Positions 12,131 to 25,684 of a DNA stretch of 64,000 nt are shown here, in pieces. The notes beneath the pieces are model-generated. The model was not told the DNA's origin. It saw only the letters and a list, made by a program, of their open reading frames with translations, and did no database searches. Made by a program: the position numbers and the translations under genes. Numbering within the stretch: the first letter of the stretch is position 1; the number at the start of each line of letters is the position of its first letter. The DNA lies in contig NC_043014.1 of the NCBI RefSeq assembly GCF_006345805.1, positions 28,396,001 to 28,460,000 on the forward strand. The letters run 5' to 3'. This stretch comes from Octopus sinensis (taxonomy: Eukaryota).

Positions 12131-13175
12131 GTTTAACCCTAATTGTTGGCTAAACATAAACACTCTTACTCATCTATGTAGTACTAGAAACTTTAGGGTG
12201 GATGAGACTCCCACTATTCTATGGCTAGCAATTCCTGGAATAAAAGTAGGATTGGTGGTCTAACCCTCCTAAACACTAGCTACTTCTGTAAGGAATATAG
12301 AAGTAGCTAAATCTAACTTGAGACGTAGTAATGTTAACCATTCAAAAAATAAGGGATGGAATAGTATAAACTTTACTCGTATAAATCAAAGTATTAGAAG
12401 TACCGACACAAACCTTTTCCCCGTTAAAGCATTTTCTAATTCTGATGGCATCTTTAATAAAATAAAAAAAAGACACCAGTCACAAAATATTGAAGACTAT
12501 AACATTTAAAAAGAAACACAAAAAAGAGCCTTGGCAGGTCCAAAAACTTTTTTCGCACTATTTCTCAGGTTGTTTTTCTCACATTGTTTATGCTTTTAAA
12601 AGTAACTCACATGTAACTGTAGCTCATATATTCAATGCCTCATTGATGGTAACTGTCTTATAATTAACGCAATTTAGAAATGCAATATCATTATCCAATG
12701 TAACAATGCGTAAAATATATCACTACCACATCGAAACCCTTCAAGAGCCACTATAATATGCTTACAAAAAAATTTAGGCAATACGACATCACAACAGTAT
12801 TTATGTGGAGTTTAAAGTCAAGAGGTACCGATTTCAAACTGTAATAAAGTAATATAGCTACAGCTTCAGCATATAAAGGTAAAGGAAGAGAATGTCGCTT
12901 TGCATGATCAGTGCTCTTGATAATTCAAGCGGTTAATGACGTTAAATCGAAGAAAGGAAAATATGCACGCAAATAGGAATAGAATATTCAAAACATTTAG
13001 AGTCTATTAAAAAAAATCTATTAATTAAAAACAATGGTACAACATATTTAACAATATCTTGTACCCAACACAGAAAATTATTGTAACAATTCACAGCTTA
13101 ATCATCTAACAAAAATATAAAAATATAATGCTATAGAAGGAACTCTTATATGCATGTAGATATATATATATATAC

Positions 13176-13219
<44 letters not shown>

Positions 13220-13856
13220 TTGTGTGTGTGGTGTGTACACACACGCATATACAAACACAAGCATAGATAGATACACATACAGATATATGCAAATCCAGAT
13301 ATTAACAAAAGTGAATATACACATTTAAAAATAAAAAGATTTTATCTGAGCGAATTAGTTATTATCCTTCTAGTCTGAGGGTTTTAACAATTAGTGCTGC
13401 GTTGTTAGTTTTATATCTAAGGAGTTTAGAGCTTAGATACATACATAAACAGAGGAAGTCATACACATATACATACATACATACATACATACATACATAC
13501 ATACATACATACATACATACATTCATACATACATACATACATACATACATACATACATACATGCATACATATATACACACACAAATACAGACATAAACGT
13601 AGGTATATGGTGATAGAGATAAGTAAAATAATGGTGGTAACGACGACAATAATAATAATGATAATATTGATAATGATAATGCCTGTAATAGAAGTGACGG
13701 TGATGAAGATGGTGGTTTGGTGGTGGTGGAGCTACTGTATTAAAGCGACACCCGTTTAACTCTAAAATTAATATAGTTAATACGATTCCTTTCCGGTTAT
13801 GTATTCTAATAATTTCATTGCTTTACAATTTTCTAGATGGAATCACCAGAATGTTC

Positions 13857-13906
<50 letters not shown>

Positions 13907-14333
13907 ATGTTTTATTTCTCTCTTTCTGTTCATGTTTTATTTCCATTAAATCTCTTTTTCTCCGTCTCTCGAAATTTATTTCCTATAACTCTTTCGTTTA
14001 ATCAGATTACAATCATTTACTTTTTTACGTAAGATATTTTTTTGCCCTCAGGCCAATTTGTTTTACAATTTTAGGAATATTTTTTCAAATAATGTTTCCC
14101 AAAGATTTTTAACAGAAACCAAAGTGAACCACCGTCTGATATGCTTAGCACTTTTTCCTCCGAAGGAGACATTTTTTGGACTGTTAATCTCATATATATA
14201 TTATTTAATATAGAAAAATATGAAGTTAGCTGAAATATGTAGCAAACAGAAAATACTGAAGTTAACAGTCCGAAAGAAATACCCCAGTAGGCATCATTAA
14301 TAACTATTTCAGAAACTCAGACACATAATTGTA

Positions 14334-14376
<43 letters not shown>

Positions 14377-14451
14377 CTGTACATTTGTCAGTCTGTCATT
14401 TTGCCCGTCTTACAATCAGTATGTAAGTAACTTCATGATATATATATATAT

Positions 14452-14770
14452 AAGGAGCACTCGGTCGGTAACGACGACGAGGGTCCCAGCTGATACGATC
14501 AACGGAACAGCTTGCTCGTGAAATTAACGTGCAAGTGGCTGAGCACTCCACAGACACGTGTACCCCTAACGTAGTTCTCAGGGAGATTCAACGTGAGATA
14601 GGATGTGACAAGGACGGCCCTTTGAAATACAGGTACAACTCATTTTTGCCAGCTGAGTGAACTGGAGCAACGTGAATTAAAGTGTCTTGCTCAACGACAC
14701 AACGCGTCGCCGGGAATTGAACTCACGCTCTTGCAATCTTGAGCCGAATGCCCTAACCACTAAGCCACGT
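14452..14770 (-). mobile_element. tRNA-derived SINE, family C (CORE-like central domain)
   Basis: Minus strand GTGGCTTAGTGGTTAGGG (A box), GAGTTCAATTCCC (B box), then GTGTCGTTGAGCAAGACACTT...CTCAGCTG..AAAATGAG, resembling the CORE domain; flanked by (TA)n at its 3' end. Confidence 0.75.
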
Positions 14771-15151
14771 TTGTTTATTCGCTAGCTCACAGCTCTCTTC
14801 TATGTTCTGTTTCCATATATGTTTGTCACCTTTATCTTGAAACTATATTCACTCTTTTTCTCTGACTCCTCTATTCCCCTCTATTCCCCTCTCCGCTCTC
14901 TCCCTCTTTCTCTCTCTCTCTCTCTCCTCTCTCTATATATATATATATATATATATGCATGAAAATATGTATGTATATATGTTGTATGGTGTGTGTGTGT
15001 GTGTTATTTAACAAATGAGAGAAAGAAAAAGCTAACATTTTTGCTTGGAATGCATACATAATAGTTTAACTTTGCTCCACATTACTTAAAGTTTCATGGA
15101 CGTAAGACAAACCTACATATTCACGTCTCCAGATATATTCCGATGTTCGGA

Positions 15152-15230
<79 letters not shown>

Positions 15231-16794
15231 CTATTTTTCTGATTATTTGGCATTTTTTGGCTTTTTTTTCCGATTTCTTTTTTTTTTTTATTTTACTGTA
15301 TGTATACATTACTTTTCCCTCTGAATTTGTATTGTTCTCTGGACATGCTGCCTTAAGCAAATCATAAATGCCAAAATGCTAAGTACATATATTGCTTGTG
15401 GATATATATATATATATATTATATATATATATTATATATATTATATATATATAATATATTATATATAGAGAGGAGAGAGAGAGAGAGAGAGGGAGAGACC
15501 GCTTACTCTCTGAAATAAAGTTGTTTTCAAATACCATGTATTGTTCTGAAGATTAGTCTGTTTTTTCCTTTTCTGACGCTTCCATTGATGAGTATATACT
15601 CACATAAATTTATGTTTGTAGATGTATATTATATATATATATATATATTATATATATATATAGATATATATATATATGTGTGGTGTGTGTGTGTGTGTGT
15701 GTGGTGGTGTGGGTGTGTGTGTGTGTATGTGTGTGTGTGTGTGCATATATATATGTGCGTATATATATTGGTATGCATATATATATATGCATTATATATA
15801 TATATCTATATATATATATTTATTTATAGGTTTGGTTATGCAAACGGAAACAGAACTCACATACGCTTTTTTTTAATTAATAACCTGCATAAGTTACACA
15901 GGTTTCAAGGCCCGAGAGTTTACATATATTTGTGCAAGCATAATTGCGCGCACGCACACATACGCACAGACACTCACATACTCACACACACGCACACACA
16001 CACGGATGCACATGTAAACAAACACACACACGCACACATGTAAATGCATTCATATACGCATGTATATTAAAACATTATTTCTCACTAAGTCGTTGCTTTC
16101 TTCAACTAAGAGGAAAATTTCAATCGAGACACGTTGCCGTACATTGTTTATACCTTATTTATTCAAGGAAGTTAGCTGGACTCATAGAAATTGCACGGAT
16201 GCTGGCAACATTTTCCGTCTTCTGTTGTTAAAGTCATTACGTTGTTTTTCATCTGTATTTTCTCTTCTTTCTCTACTGTTCCTTTTGTGCTCGTTTTTTT
16301 GTGATTCAGCTGCCTTTCCTAGTCTCACCCATTCCTTATATCATTTCACCCTGTTTTTATGTTACGTCATGTCTTTTATCGCTGTCCGTATTTCATAAAA
16401 TCAAACCAAATAAATGGTTTGAGCAGACTGTGTTTACTTGTACTAAGGAGCAAGCGTTGAATGACTGAGGGTAGTGGGAACAACAAAAAAGAAAATCTAA
16501 ATTCAATAAGAAAAATATGTACATCATTAGTTATCATTCCTTCATATAACTTCATAATTTTAACAACACACTCCTGCAGTTCTGAGCTCATCACTTTCGC
16601 TCTCTGACCTGTCTGTGTGTGTGTGCGTGTTTGCGTGTGATTATATGATTGCATAGCGTTCCTTACTTTCCCTCTCTTTGACCGTTACGTCTTCTCCGCG
16701 AAATATCCACTCTCTTTGTATTTTACCTGCCACTATTCCTCTCCTTCTAACTGAAAGCTTTTCTAAGAGTATCATAGACGTTTCTGGTTATGCA

Positions 16795-16845
<51 letters not shown>

Positions 16846-17299
16846 GATGGTGATAATGATGATTTATTTACTAACTACCAGCGTTCACCCATAATGAAGA
16901 CATTATAAGGACAATTTTACAGAAAACAACGGGGTGGGTTTAGCATGAAAGCAAAACCAAATGCGACAGCACAAATATCTTAACAAAAAAATTCCATGTA
17001 AATATGTGGAGATCTTGGTGGATTACATGTAGAAATCTCACAAAACCACGATCCCTCTGGCCACGAGGGTAAGTGTCATCTCTCAATTATCCTCCTTCAA
17101 TGTTGCGGCGTACGCTCAGAGATGGTTTGTCTATTCGGACCAGTCTTGCCAATTTCAATCACCTTTGAACAAAGCCCTTACTTTCCACCCTATCCTCACT
17201 TTTCTTTTCAAGTGAAACTTAAAAACACGTCGACCACAAAAAATCTCGTCATATACAAAACCTCTTTTGTCAAAGTCACCAGACAGATAATGACCGCCA

Positions 17300-17760
17300 A
17301 CTGAAGGCAAGGGGGTGATAATTACTGTGGACTCAGCTCATTGCTGGATTCTCATTACATGCGAAATACTTCCACATGTCAATCCATCAGAAATGAGGAT
17401 TCTTCTGTTCTACTGGTAGTTGCAGTAGATATCTGTCAAGAGTTTACCAAACAATTCTGGCATATCAAATTAAATCTCGTGTGGTACACCATCAAAATCT
17501 GGCGATTTAACTCCTCGTGTATCTAGATATGGCTTACCTTATTTACGTAGCTGATATCGGCTTTTCCCAATACTACCTCCAAAGTCGAGTGTCACAGTAG
17601 GCCCTCCAGGTAGGTATTGAAGCCCATAAGGTAATCTGGCCCAATATTCGTATTGATCAATCGAGCAAAGTTCTGCTAAAAGTCCGCACACACCTGCTAG
17701 AGATCACTCGGACCCATACATAGCAATGGACTCACTTTTACTACACAAGTAGTAAGCATT
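17300..17760 (-). mobile_element. Highly decayed RTE-type LINE fragment
   Basis: Minus-strand ESIAMYGSE*SL and SHI*IHEELNRQILM resemble the RTE thumb motifs ESILLYGSETW and GH..RH.EE. Confidence 0.4.
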
Positions 17761-17964
17761 CACAGTAGCAGCAACAAGTACAAAGATGAGACAACACCAA
17801 TGAAAATACGAAGATCATTCATTTGCTGGTGTTGCAAAACTTTTGATTTAGCCCCATTGGAAAAAAGCATCAACATCTGACAGATGCTGACTACCACGTC
17901 AACAGGTTAGGATAGAAAATGGTACACTCATGATTTCACAAGAAACCTTTGAGGGAAGGGATGG

Positions 17965-18700
17965 AGGAACATCATACTGCACCACACCACATCATAGCAG
18001 ATTGTACCATACCTATCATACCACAACATATCGTGCTGAACCGTACCATACCACACAATACCACACCTGACCATGTAATATCGTAATGCAGCGTACCAAA
18101 CCATACCCCAGTATGCCTCGCAATGCAATAGCATATCATTCCATATCACGTTACGCCACATCATAACATATCGTAATACATCACAAGATCAATAATCTAC
18201 ACAATACACTATGCCATACCACACAATTATCGTACAATACAATAAAGCCTTCCCTAACTAGTCAAACCATGCCATACCACAAAAAGTTACGCCATACACC
18301 TTAATATTATATCATACGGCACTAAGCATACAACATATTAATATATTAATATATAAGTTCGGTCTTTGGAAAGTATCTCAAATGTACGTTGCCAGTTCCC
18401 ATGATACCCATCAGCTCATTGTACCTACGTACCATGTATCACGTCATATGCCACCGCTTACCATACATACAATACGTTACCACTCTTACTATTGCATACC
18501 ACCTCTTATCATACCATACCAACACATCCCATACTTTATACCATAGTACGCTATACAAATGGAAACTATAACATAATTACCACACAACACCATAAAAGTC
18601 ATACATAATATACTACACCTCACCACACGATTCCACTCTACGTCTTATCACAATACACGAAAGTATACCATACCATACCAAGCCATACTACTCCAAACCA
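17965..18700. repeat. Degenerate pentamer satellite (CATAC/CACAC/CATAT)n
   Basis: 5-bp periodicity visible throughout, e.g. CATACCACACCACATCATA. Confidence 0.75.
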
Positions 18701-18893
18701 TAGAATAAATACAGAAGCACTACAACAACATAGACGGTGCCATCAGCCAGCTTCATACGGAAAAACACCGAGAAAATGAAGTGTGGAAAAAGCAGTACAA
18801 ATGATAGAGTTATACTTCAGGTACAATGAAATGATGGGTATCATGGTAACTGGCAACGTATGTTTGAGATACTTCCTGAGGACCGAGCTTATA
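18352..18893. repeat. 75-bp inverted repeat pair enclosing ~390 bp (possible MITE)
   Basis: 18352-18426 TATAAGTTCGGTC...CATTGTACCT matches the reverse complement of 18819-18893; TA at both outer ends. Confidence 0.65.
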
Positions 18894-19061
18894 TATATAT
18901 ACATACACACGCATACATATGCGCGCATGTGGGTGTGGTATATCTGTGTATTTGTGTAGTATATTTATACAAAGTGCGTAAGGTATTTCAGGACATACTT
19001 TTTTCGGGTAATTGCTGCATTTCTTGCTAGCTCTGTATATTTTTTGTTTCAGAAAATAATA

Positions 19062-19475
19062 ATGGCAGACTCTCAGCATACTCAAGAAATGAAGAGACAA
19101 GCTGTTATTATGGTTATAAAGGCTGGGCATAGCAATTTAGAAACATCTCGATTTTTTAAAGTTGCTAGATCTTTCGTCTACAAAGTTAGTAAGGAGGAAC
19201 TGAAGATGAAAACGTATCACCAGTATCAAAGCATAAAAAAATAATTCTAAACGCTCTGAAATCATCAGAATACCTGATGATTACAACCACCAGACTAATG
19301 ATTACAATCGCAGAAAGTCCATGGGGTCAATTGCAAAAGATCTCCACGTGCCAGAAGGAACAGTCAGAAATGTCCAGGAAGACATCACATATGACGAGGA
19401 AAGGTCAATTTGTCAGAAAAAGCAAAAAAAAAAAAAAAAGAAAAAGGTTCTTAAACAAACTGAAAAATCCAGCAG
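19062..19475 (+). mobile_element. Tc1/mariner-superfamily transposase relic (N-terminal HTH region)
   Basis: MADSQHTQEMKRQAVIMVIKAGHSNLETSRFFKVARSFVYKV, then after frameshifts NRRKSMGSIAKDLHVPEGTVRN..QEDI..MTRKGQF..KRFLNKLKNP. This is a bipartite HTH as in maT/mariner-type transposases; no DDD domain retained. Confidence 0.75.
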
Positions 19476-20206
19476 GCAATAATACTGGGGAGAACATACT
19501 GAAGAAGTCAATGAGAGGAAATCTGAGTAAGGTGTGCCAGCACAGAGGATCGACGACATCCTATGAGTCTGTACAGGTGGGTTTTAGCTTTATAAGACTC
19601 TCTTCTGTAGAGTCTTCAACCCAGTTGTAGAAAGAAAACAGCCTTTATTCAGTAAGCGAAGTTGCTGTGAAAACGGCCGGGTGGCTTTGGATTACGATAG
19701 CTTATCCGTAGGCTTTTGCTGCTAAGACACAAATAGATGAACCACATGATGCTCATCTAGAAAATGTATCTTAAACACACGTGGAATCAATATGTGCGAA
19801 TATATGAGCGCATTGTGTGTGTGTGTGTGTGGTGTGTGTGTGTAAAAAAGATTATAAAAATGACAATAGAACAAGAAATTATGTAATGTACTTCATTAGT
19901 TTACAGGAATTTCTGCTAAAAGATAGAATGCACTCATAGTTCATTGCTTGTGTATCACCTTACGGCTGCGTGGGGTCCGACGTAAGTGATATGCAAGCAC
20001 TGAAATATGAGTGCATCGTGTAGCAGAAATGGCTGTAAACTTATGAAGTTCATTACAGAAATTTTTGTTTATTTGTCATTTATATAATTCACGCATATAC
20101 AAGCACATACACTGTAACACGCATATAAAGTACATACGATGTCACACAAACACAAACACACACATATACATATGTGTGTGGATTTGTATGCATGTATGTA
20201 TATATC

Positions 20207-20412
20207 CGAGGGGTTGCTGAAAAGTTCCTGGTTTCAAGGACATCGACAAAGGCCTGCTGGAGGCCCGACCTTCCGAGTTCTTTTAGGGTTTAGAAAAACT
20301 GTAGGACTGCTACAATAAGTGTATGAATTTGAGAAGGGAATATGCTGAATAAAATCATGATTAACTGATCCTACTGCATTTTCAAAGCCCGGAACTTTTC
20401 AGCACACCTTCG
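20207..20412 (+). mobile_element. mariner-derived MITE
   Basis: TIRs CGAGGGGTTGCTGAAAAGTTCCTGG / CCCGGAACTTTTCAGCACACCTTCG, with TA after the right end. Interior encodes YNKCMNLRREYAE*, resembling the mariner transposase C-terminus. Confidence 0.8.
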
Positions 20413-20668
20413 TATGTATATATATATATATATATACTGATTGAATCTTCCATTTGTTAACATGTACCTCCTTCCTTCAATGAAAAAATCCATTTAATCA
20501 AGATAACCTTGGTCTGAAAAGTAGCTTGTAGTTTACACCTCGCTTGGATAGTTACCACCTCTGAGGTTCTGTTCCATATAAAACATATGTAGCCCGGATC
20601 TTATCTACTCCATTCCTTAACTCTTGCATATAATGTAACTACATGTGGACTGTTAGCGATTTTTTCCA

Positions 20669-20807
20669 CCGTCTTCCGTTTCCCTTGAACTTTCCTCTGG
20701 CTCCTGTTTCTGAAGAAGAGCTCTGCTCGAGACGTAAAACACACTTTCTTTCCGAAACTGAGCGTCTTTAATACTTTGTATGTTCTACGTCCTCGCGTTG
20801 TTTTTTT
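20669..20807 (+). ncRNA. Dispersed element copy 1 containing a minimal hammerhead-ribozyme-like motif (20705-20741)
   Basis: TGTTT CTGAAGA A GAGC TCT GCTC GAGA CGTA AAACA; homologous to 33782-33920 and 63327-63470. Confidence 0.6.
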
Positions 20808-21108
20808 CTGTTTTTTCTTCGTTTTTTTCTCGGGGGCGGGAAATATATATATAGATCATTAATCACCCCCCCCCGGAAAAAACCCCGAAGGAAAACAATA
20901 AAAAAACAACAACGCCATGATGGACCACTGAACTCAACCCTTGTTTTCATTTTCTATATGTAATATATAGTTTCAGTCATTGGAAGTGAACATTCTGAGA
21001 CACTGCCTTGAATAGCTTTGAAGCCTAGTACTCCTAACGAGACGTCCCCTTTGCTGAACCGCTAAGCTACGATGTCGTAAACACACGAATACATAGTTAT
21101 GTGCGATG

Positions 21109-21147
<39 letters not shown>

Positions 21148-21339
21148 GCTTGTTTGCACGAGTGTGTGTGTTGTGTGTGCATGCGTGCGTGCGTGTGTCT
21201 TACGTATCAAAAGAGTAATCAACACAATGGTAGAGATTAATGATTTATTCTGGTCGAGTTAGTGTCTTGCTACTCGAGTAACACATAGGTAGACAGGATC
21301 TTGACACACACACACATACACACACACACACAATATAAA

Positions 21340-21340
21340 A

Positions 21341-21381
<41 letters not shown>

Positions 21382-21571
21382 TATATATCTATATATATAT
21401 ATATATTATATATATATATATAATATAATATATATATATACATACATACATTACATACATATATCTACCTTTATATACGTATTTATGCACACGCACACAA
21501 AGTGTGTGTGGCAGAGTGAGAGAAAGGAGAAAGTGAGGCAGAAGAGTGAGAGAGGGAGAGAGAATGGAAAG

Positions 21572-21619
<48 letters not shown>

Positions 21620-22221
21620 GAGAGAGGGGGAAGGAGAGGAGGGCGCGTGTGTATGAGCATACTTGAGATAAGCAAGCGTATAATGAAAACTCACTCCTTT
21701 GATATCCGCCTATATACGTAGCTGCTTAATAGGTAATCATATACACGATGAATAATCGTAGATATGTATATAGAGTGGGTGGTTTTTCAAAACATCGGTG
21801 CGCCGATAGTTTTCTTTGATATATATATATATATATAGCTCTTTATATATCTTTGATATATATATATAGATATCTAGCTCTTTATATATATATTTGATAT
21901 ATATATATATAATATATATATATACTATATATATTATATATAATATATACAATACATACATACATACATATATATGTATGTGTGGAGTGTGGTGTATGTA
22001 TATATATATGATATATATATATATATATATATATATGAATAAATTTAAAATGAGGGTGAGAAATTAGCTGTTATTTATTACCATCGATTTCACACCAGTG
22101 GTCTAGTGGTTTCCTCTAATATGTATATATATATATATATATAGATATATATATATATACATATGTGTGTGTGTAAATGCATATGTATATATATATATAT
22201 AAATATATAATATATATATAT

Positions 22222-22309
<88 letters not shown>

Positions 22310-22674
22310 TATACATATATATATATATATACATACATAGATATATATATATATATACATAATATATATATATATATATATTATAATATATTAATATCAT
22401 ATCTATATATACTATATATATATATATATAATATATATATATTATATATATATATATATATGGAAATTTCGGGTGAGTGTACTTGATAATTATAAGCACT
22501 GTGTATACCATTTGGTGGTGTAGGTGGTGGAGTAAATTGATCAAAATAAAATAAAAACATGATGCGAAGGATTCAGCGGTTACATATGTTTCGGGCCTTT
22601 ATTAGACAGATTTATAACAATGCATAATGTATGTCTGTGGCCTTTCTCAACCGCGCACAACAGCTTCCACAAGG

Positions 22675-22756
<82 letters not shown>

Positions 22757-22759
22757 GTG

Positions 22760-22801
<42 letters not shown>

Positions 22802-22860
22802 GCATGTATGTATATGAATATATATATATGTGTGACTATCTATCTATCTATCTAGAATTA
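21340..22860. repeat. Compound (TA)n/(GA)n/(TACA)n microsatellite field
   Basis: Directly visible, with short unique spacers. Confidence 0.85.
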
Positions 22861-23196
22861 CATATATGTATATATTTGTATACGTACTTGTACAAGCACT
22901 CCTATTTGTATGTGCATATATATATATATATGTATGTACGTATGTAAGCATTTACATATATTTATAAGCACATGCACTACAACACATGCGCACACGTAGA
23001 CAGGCACACGCACATACGCACACATGCAAGCGCAGCCATGCAACACACGCACACGCACACACGCACACACACACACACTTGAAAACAGATATCCACTCAC
23101 GCAGTGAGTACATACAAATACGAGTCCATACAACGCTATTGATTTTTATAATTTCAATATACAATTTGCGGTGATAATTACATCTATCTATTGACC

Positions 23197-23241
<45 letters not shown>

Positions 23242-23249
23242 CGTGTATG

Positions 23250-23281
<32 letters not shown>

Positions 23282-23684
23282 TATACACACGCATACACAG
23301 GCACACACAGACACACACACACGTACGCGCGCACACACACACACACACACATTGAATATCTCTATTTTAAATTTTTTACCTTATTTCATTTAATATTTTC
23401 GTCTCTTTGACCTGGTCAGTCTGACCCCGTCAAAATGACCAGGTCAGCCTAACCGAATTTATTTCATAGAAATGAAAAGGTGTGGGACTTTTATGCAACT
23501 GTTTTCGTGTGATTCGTTGCAGTCGGCTCATGTTGCAGCTGCACCGTGGGAATTCCCCAAATTTTTGTTGCATGCCTTGCATCTGTTGGTCAGATGCATC
23601 AAAAGCATGTATAAATAAATGCATGTGAAATTTCCAGACCTCGAAGATATATACATTAAATGTGTGCAGTGAGTAGTTAATAAC

Positions 23685-23711
23685 AACAGTAATGATGATG
23701 ATGATGATGAT

Positions 23712-23755
<44 letters not shown>

Positions 23756-23805
23756 TAATAATAATGATAATAAAATAATAATAAAAAAATAATAATGATG
23801 ATGAT

Positions 23806-23836
<31 letters not shown>

Positions 23837-23864
23837 TAATAATAATAAATAATAATAAATAATC

Positions 23865-23900
<36 letters not shown>

Positions 23901-24019
23901 TAATATGATGATGATGATGGTAATAATAATAATAATAATAATAAAATAATAAGAAGAATAATCGTAATAATAATAATAATAATAATAAAAAAATAATAAT
24001 GATGATGATGATGATGATG

Positions 24020-24057
<38 letters not shown>

Positions 24058-24244
24058 TAATGATGATAATGATGATGATGATAATAATAATAATAATAAT
24101 AATAATAATTATAATAATAATAACAATAATAATAAAATAATAATGATGATGATGATGATGATAACGAAAATAATAATAATGATAATGATGTTAAAAATTA
24201 CAACAATAATAATTTATGGAGATTGACAAACTCTACAAAGGTAA

Positions 24245-24279
<35 letters not shown>

Positions 24280-24305
24280 TATGATAATGATGATAATAAT
24301 AATAA
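23685..24305. repeat. (AAT)n/(GAT)n microsatellite field
   Basis: Directly visible. Confidence 0.95.
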
Positions 24306-24309
24306 AAGT

Positions 24310-24495
24310 CCTTTCTATTAAAGGCACAAAGCCTGAAATTATGGGGGAGGGGACTAGTCGATTACATCGATCTCAGTGTTTTACTGGTACTTAATTTATT
24401 GACCACAAAAGGATGAAAAGGGAAGTCGACCTCGGCGGAATCTGACTTCAGAACGTAAGGGCGGACGAAATACCGCTAAGCATTTCGCCCGGAGA
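24310..24495 (-). mobile_element. SINE family A (tail type 1)
   Basis: CCTTTCTATTAAAGGCACAAAGCCTG...AAAGGATGAAAAGGGAAGTCGACCTCGGCGGAAT...GAAATACCGCTAAGCATTTCGCCCGG. Confidence 0.85.
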
Positions 24496-24509
24496 GCCCA
24501 CCGCGTTTA

Positions 24510-24618
<109 letters not shown>

Positions 24619-24621
24619 ATG

Positions 24622-24656
<35 letters not shown>

Positions 24657-24674
24657 TATAATAATAATAATAAT

Positions 24675-24850
24675 CCTTTCCACTATAGGCAAAAGGCCTG
24701 GATTTTGTAATGGGGGTGAGAAAAGTCGATCACATCGACCAGAATACTCGACTGGTATTTAATTTATCGACCTCGAAAGGATGAAAAGTAAAGTGGACTT
24801 CGGCGGAGTTTGAACTCTGAGCGTAAAGACGGACGAAATGCCGTCTATGT
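24675..24850 (-). mobile_element. SINE family A (tail type 1)
   Basis: Same motifs as the 24310 copy, preceded by (AAT)n. Confidence 0.8.
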
Positions 24851-24894
24851 AATCTCATACTTTTCTTATGTTTTCTTAAACATTTTCTAGAACA

Positions 24895-25030
24895 ATACTA
24901 TGTACAAAACGAAATATATGACACCCTAGGCATAACACCAATATGAACTTCTAACTTATCCCTTGAGGTCTCTGGGTGAAACTTGGGGCCTATTTGGACA
25001 AATATAAAGCAAAAGTCAAACATATAGTAA
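24895..25030 (+). mobile_element. Probable 3' end fragment of an R4/Dong-like LINE
   Basis: Contains CCCTTGAGGTCTCTGGGTGAAACTTGG and an A-rich end running directly into (TAA)n; family assigned from memory only. Confidence 0.35.
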
Positions 25031-25057
25031 TAATAATAATAATGATAATAATAATAA

Positions 25058-25119
<62 letters not shown>

Positions 25120-25239
25120 TACCCTGATGTAGTACCAGACAGTGGCTGTCATGGCTTCTAATCTTAGCTCACTGGAAGTATTATCATGTACATTGTTTTG
25201 TCTTGGTATAAAAGATGGGATACAGCAAATATTCTGCTT

Positions 25240-25670
25240 GATTTTTGTTTGACTTTAACCAGTTAAGCAAGTCCCTTAGTGGGTGACGATATATGCATCT
25301 CTGATGACGAACAGAAGTAGTGGGGGCGCGTCATAGCCATCTGCTGAGAGGAATTCTTTGGGGTTTGGATAATTCACCTCTGGAAACATGGGTGTTTAGT
25401 TCAACATCGTTAAATAACCTTAAATAACCCTTATTCAGGGACCTTTTGAGAGGGATGGGCTACTCAACCAGGAAAAAATTTTAACTGGGCCCCACCTGCT
25501 AAGTCATGCGTTGTTTATTTTGATATGAGATCATGTCGCGCACATATTGTTGTAATGCATGTGCTTGGTGTACCCTTATCAGAGGGGTAGACACGACGGA
25601 TATACTGGGCTTCATATATTTTACCTCGGTGTTACTTAGATGGTAAGCACTGCTCTCTCACTCAATAATG
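25240..25670 (+). mobile_element. Interspersed repeat, probable LINE 3' UTR with AAT-type tail
   Basis: GC-richer non-coding block ending GCACTGCTCTCTCACTCAATAATGATCATAAT; no ORF. Confidence 0.35.
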
Positions 25671-25684
25671 ATCATAATTATAAT

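Noticed and set aside
10850-12560. Minus-strand hydrophobic peptides vaguely like mitochondrial ND4L/ND5 (possible NUMT)
   Set aside because: Multiple stops even in the invertebrate mitochondrial code, two different stretches looked equally ND4L-like, and gene order did not fit. AT-rich DNA yields such peptides by chance; BLASTX would settle it.
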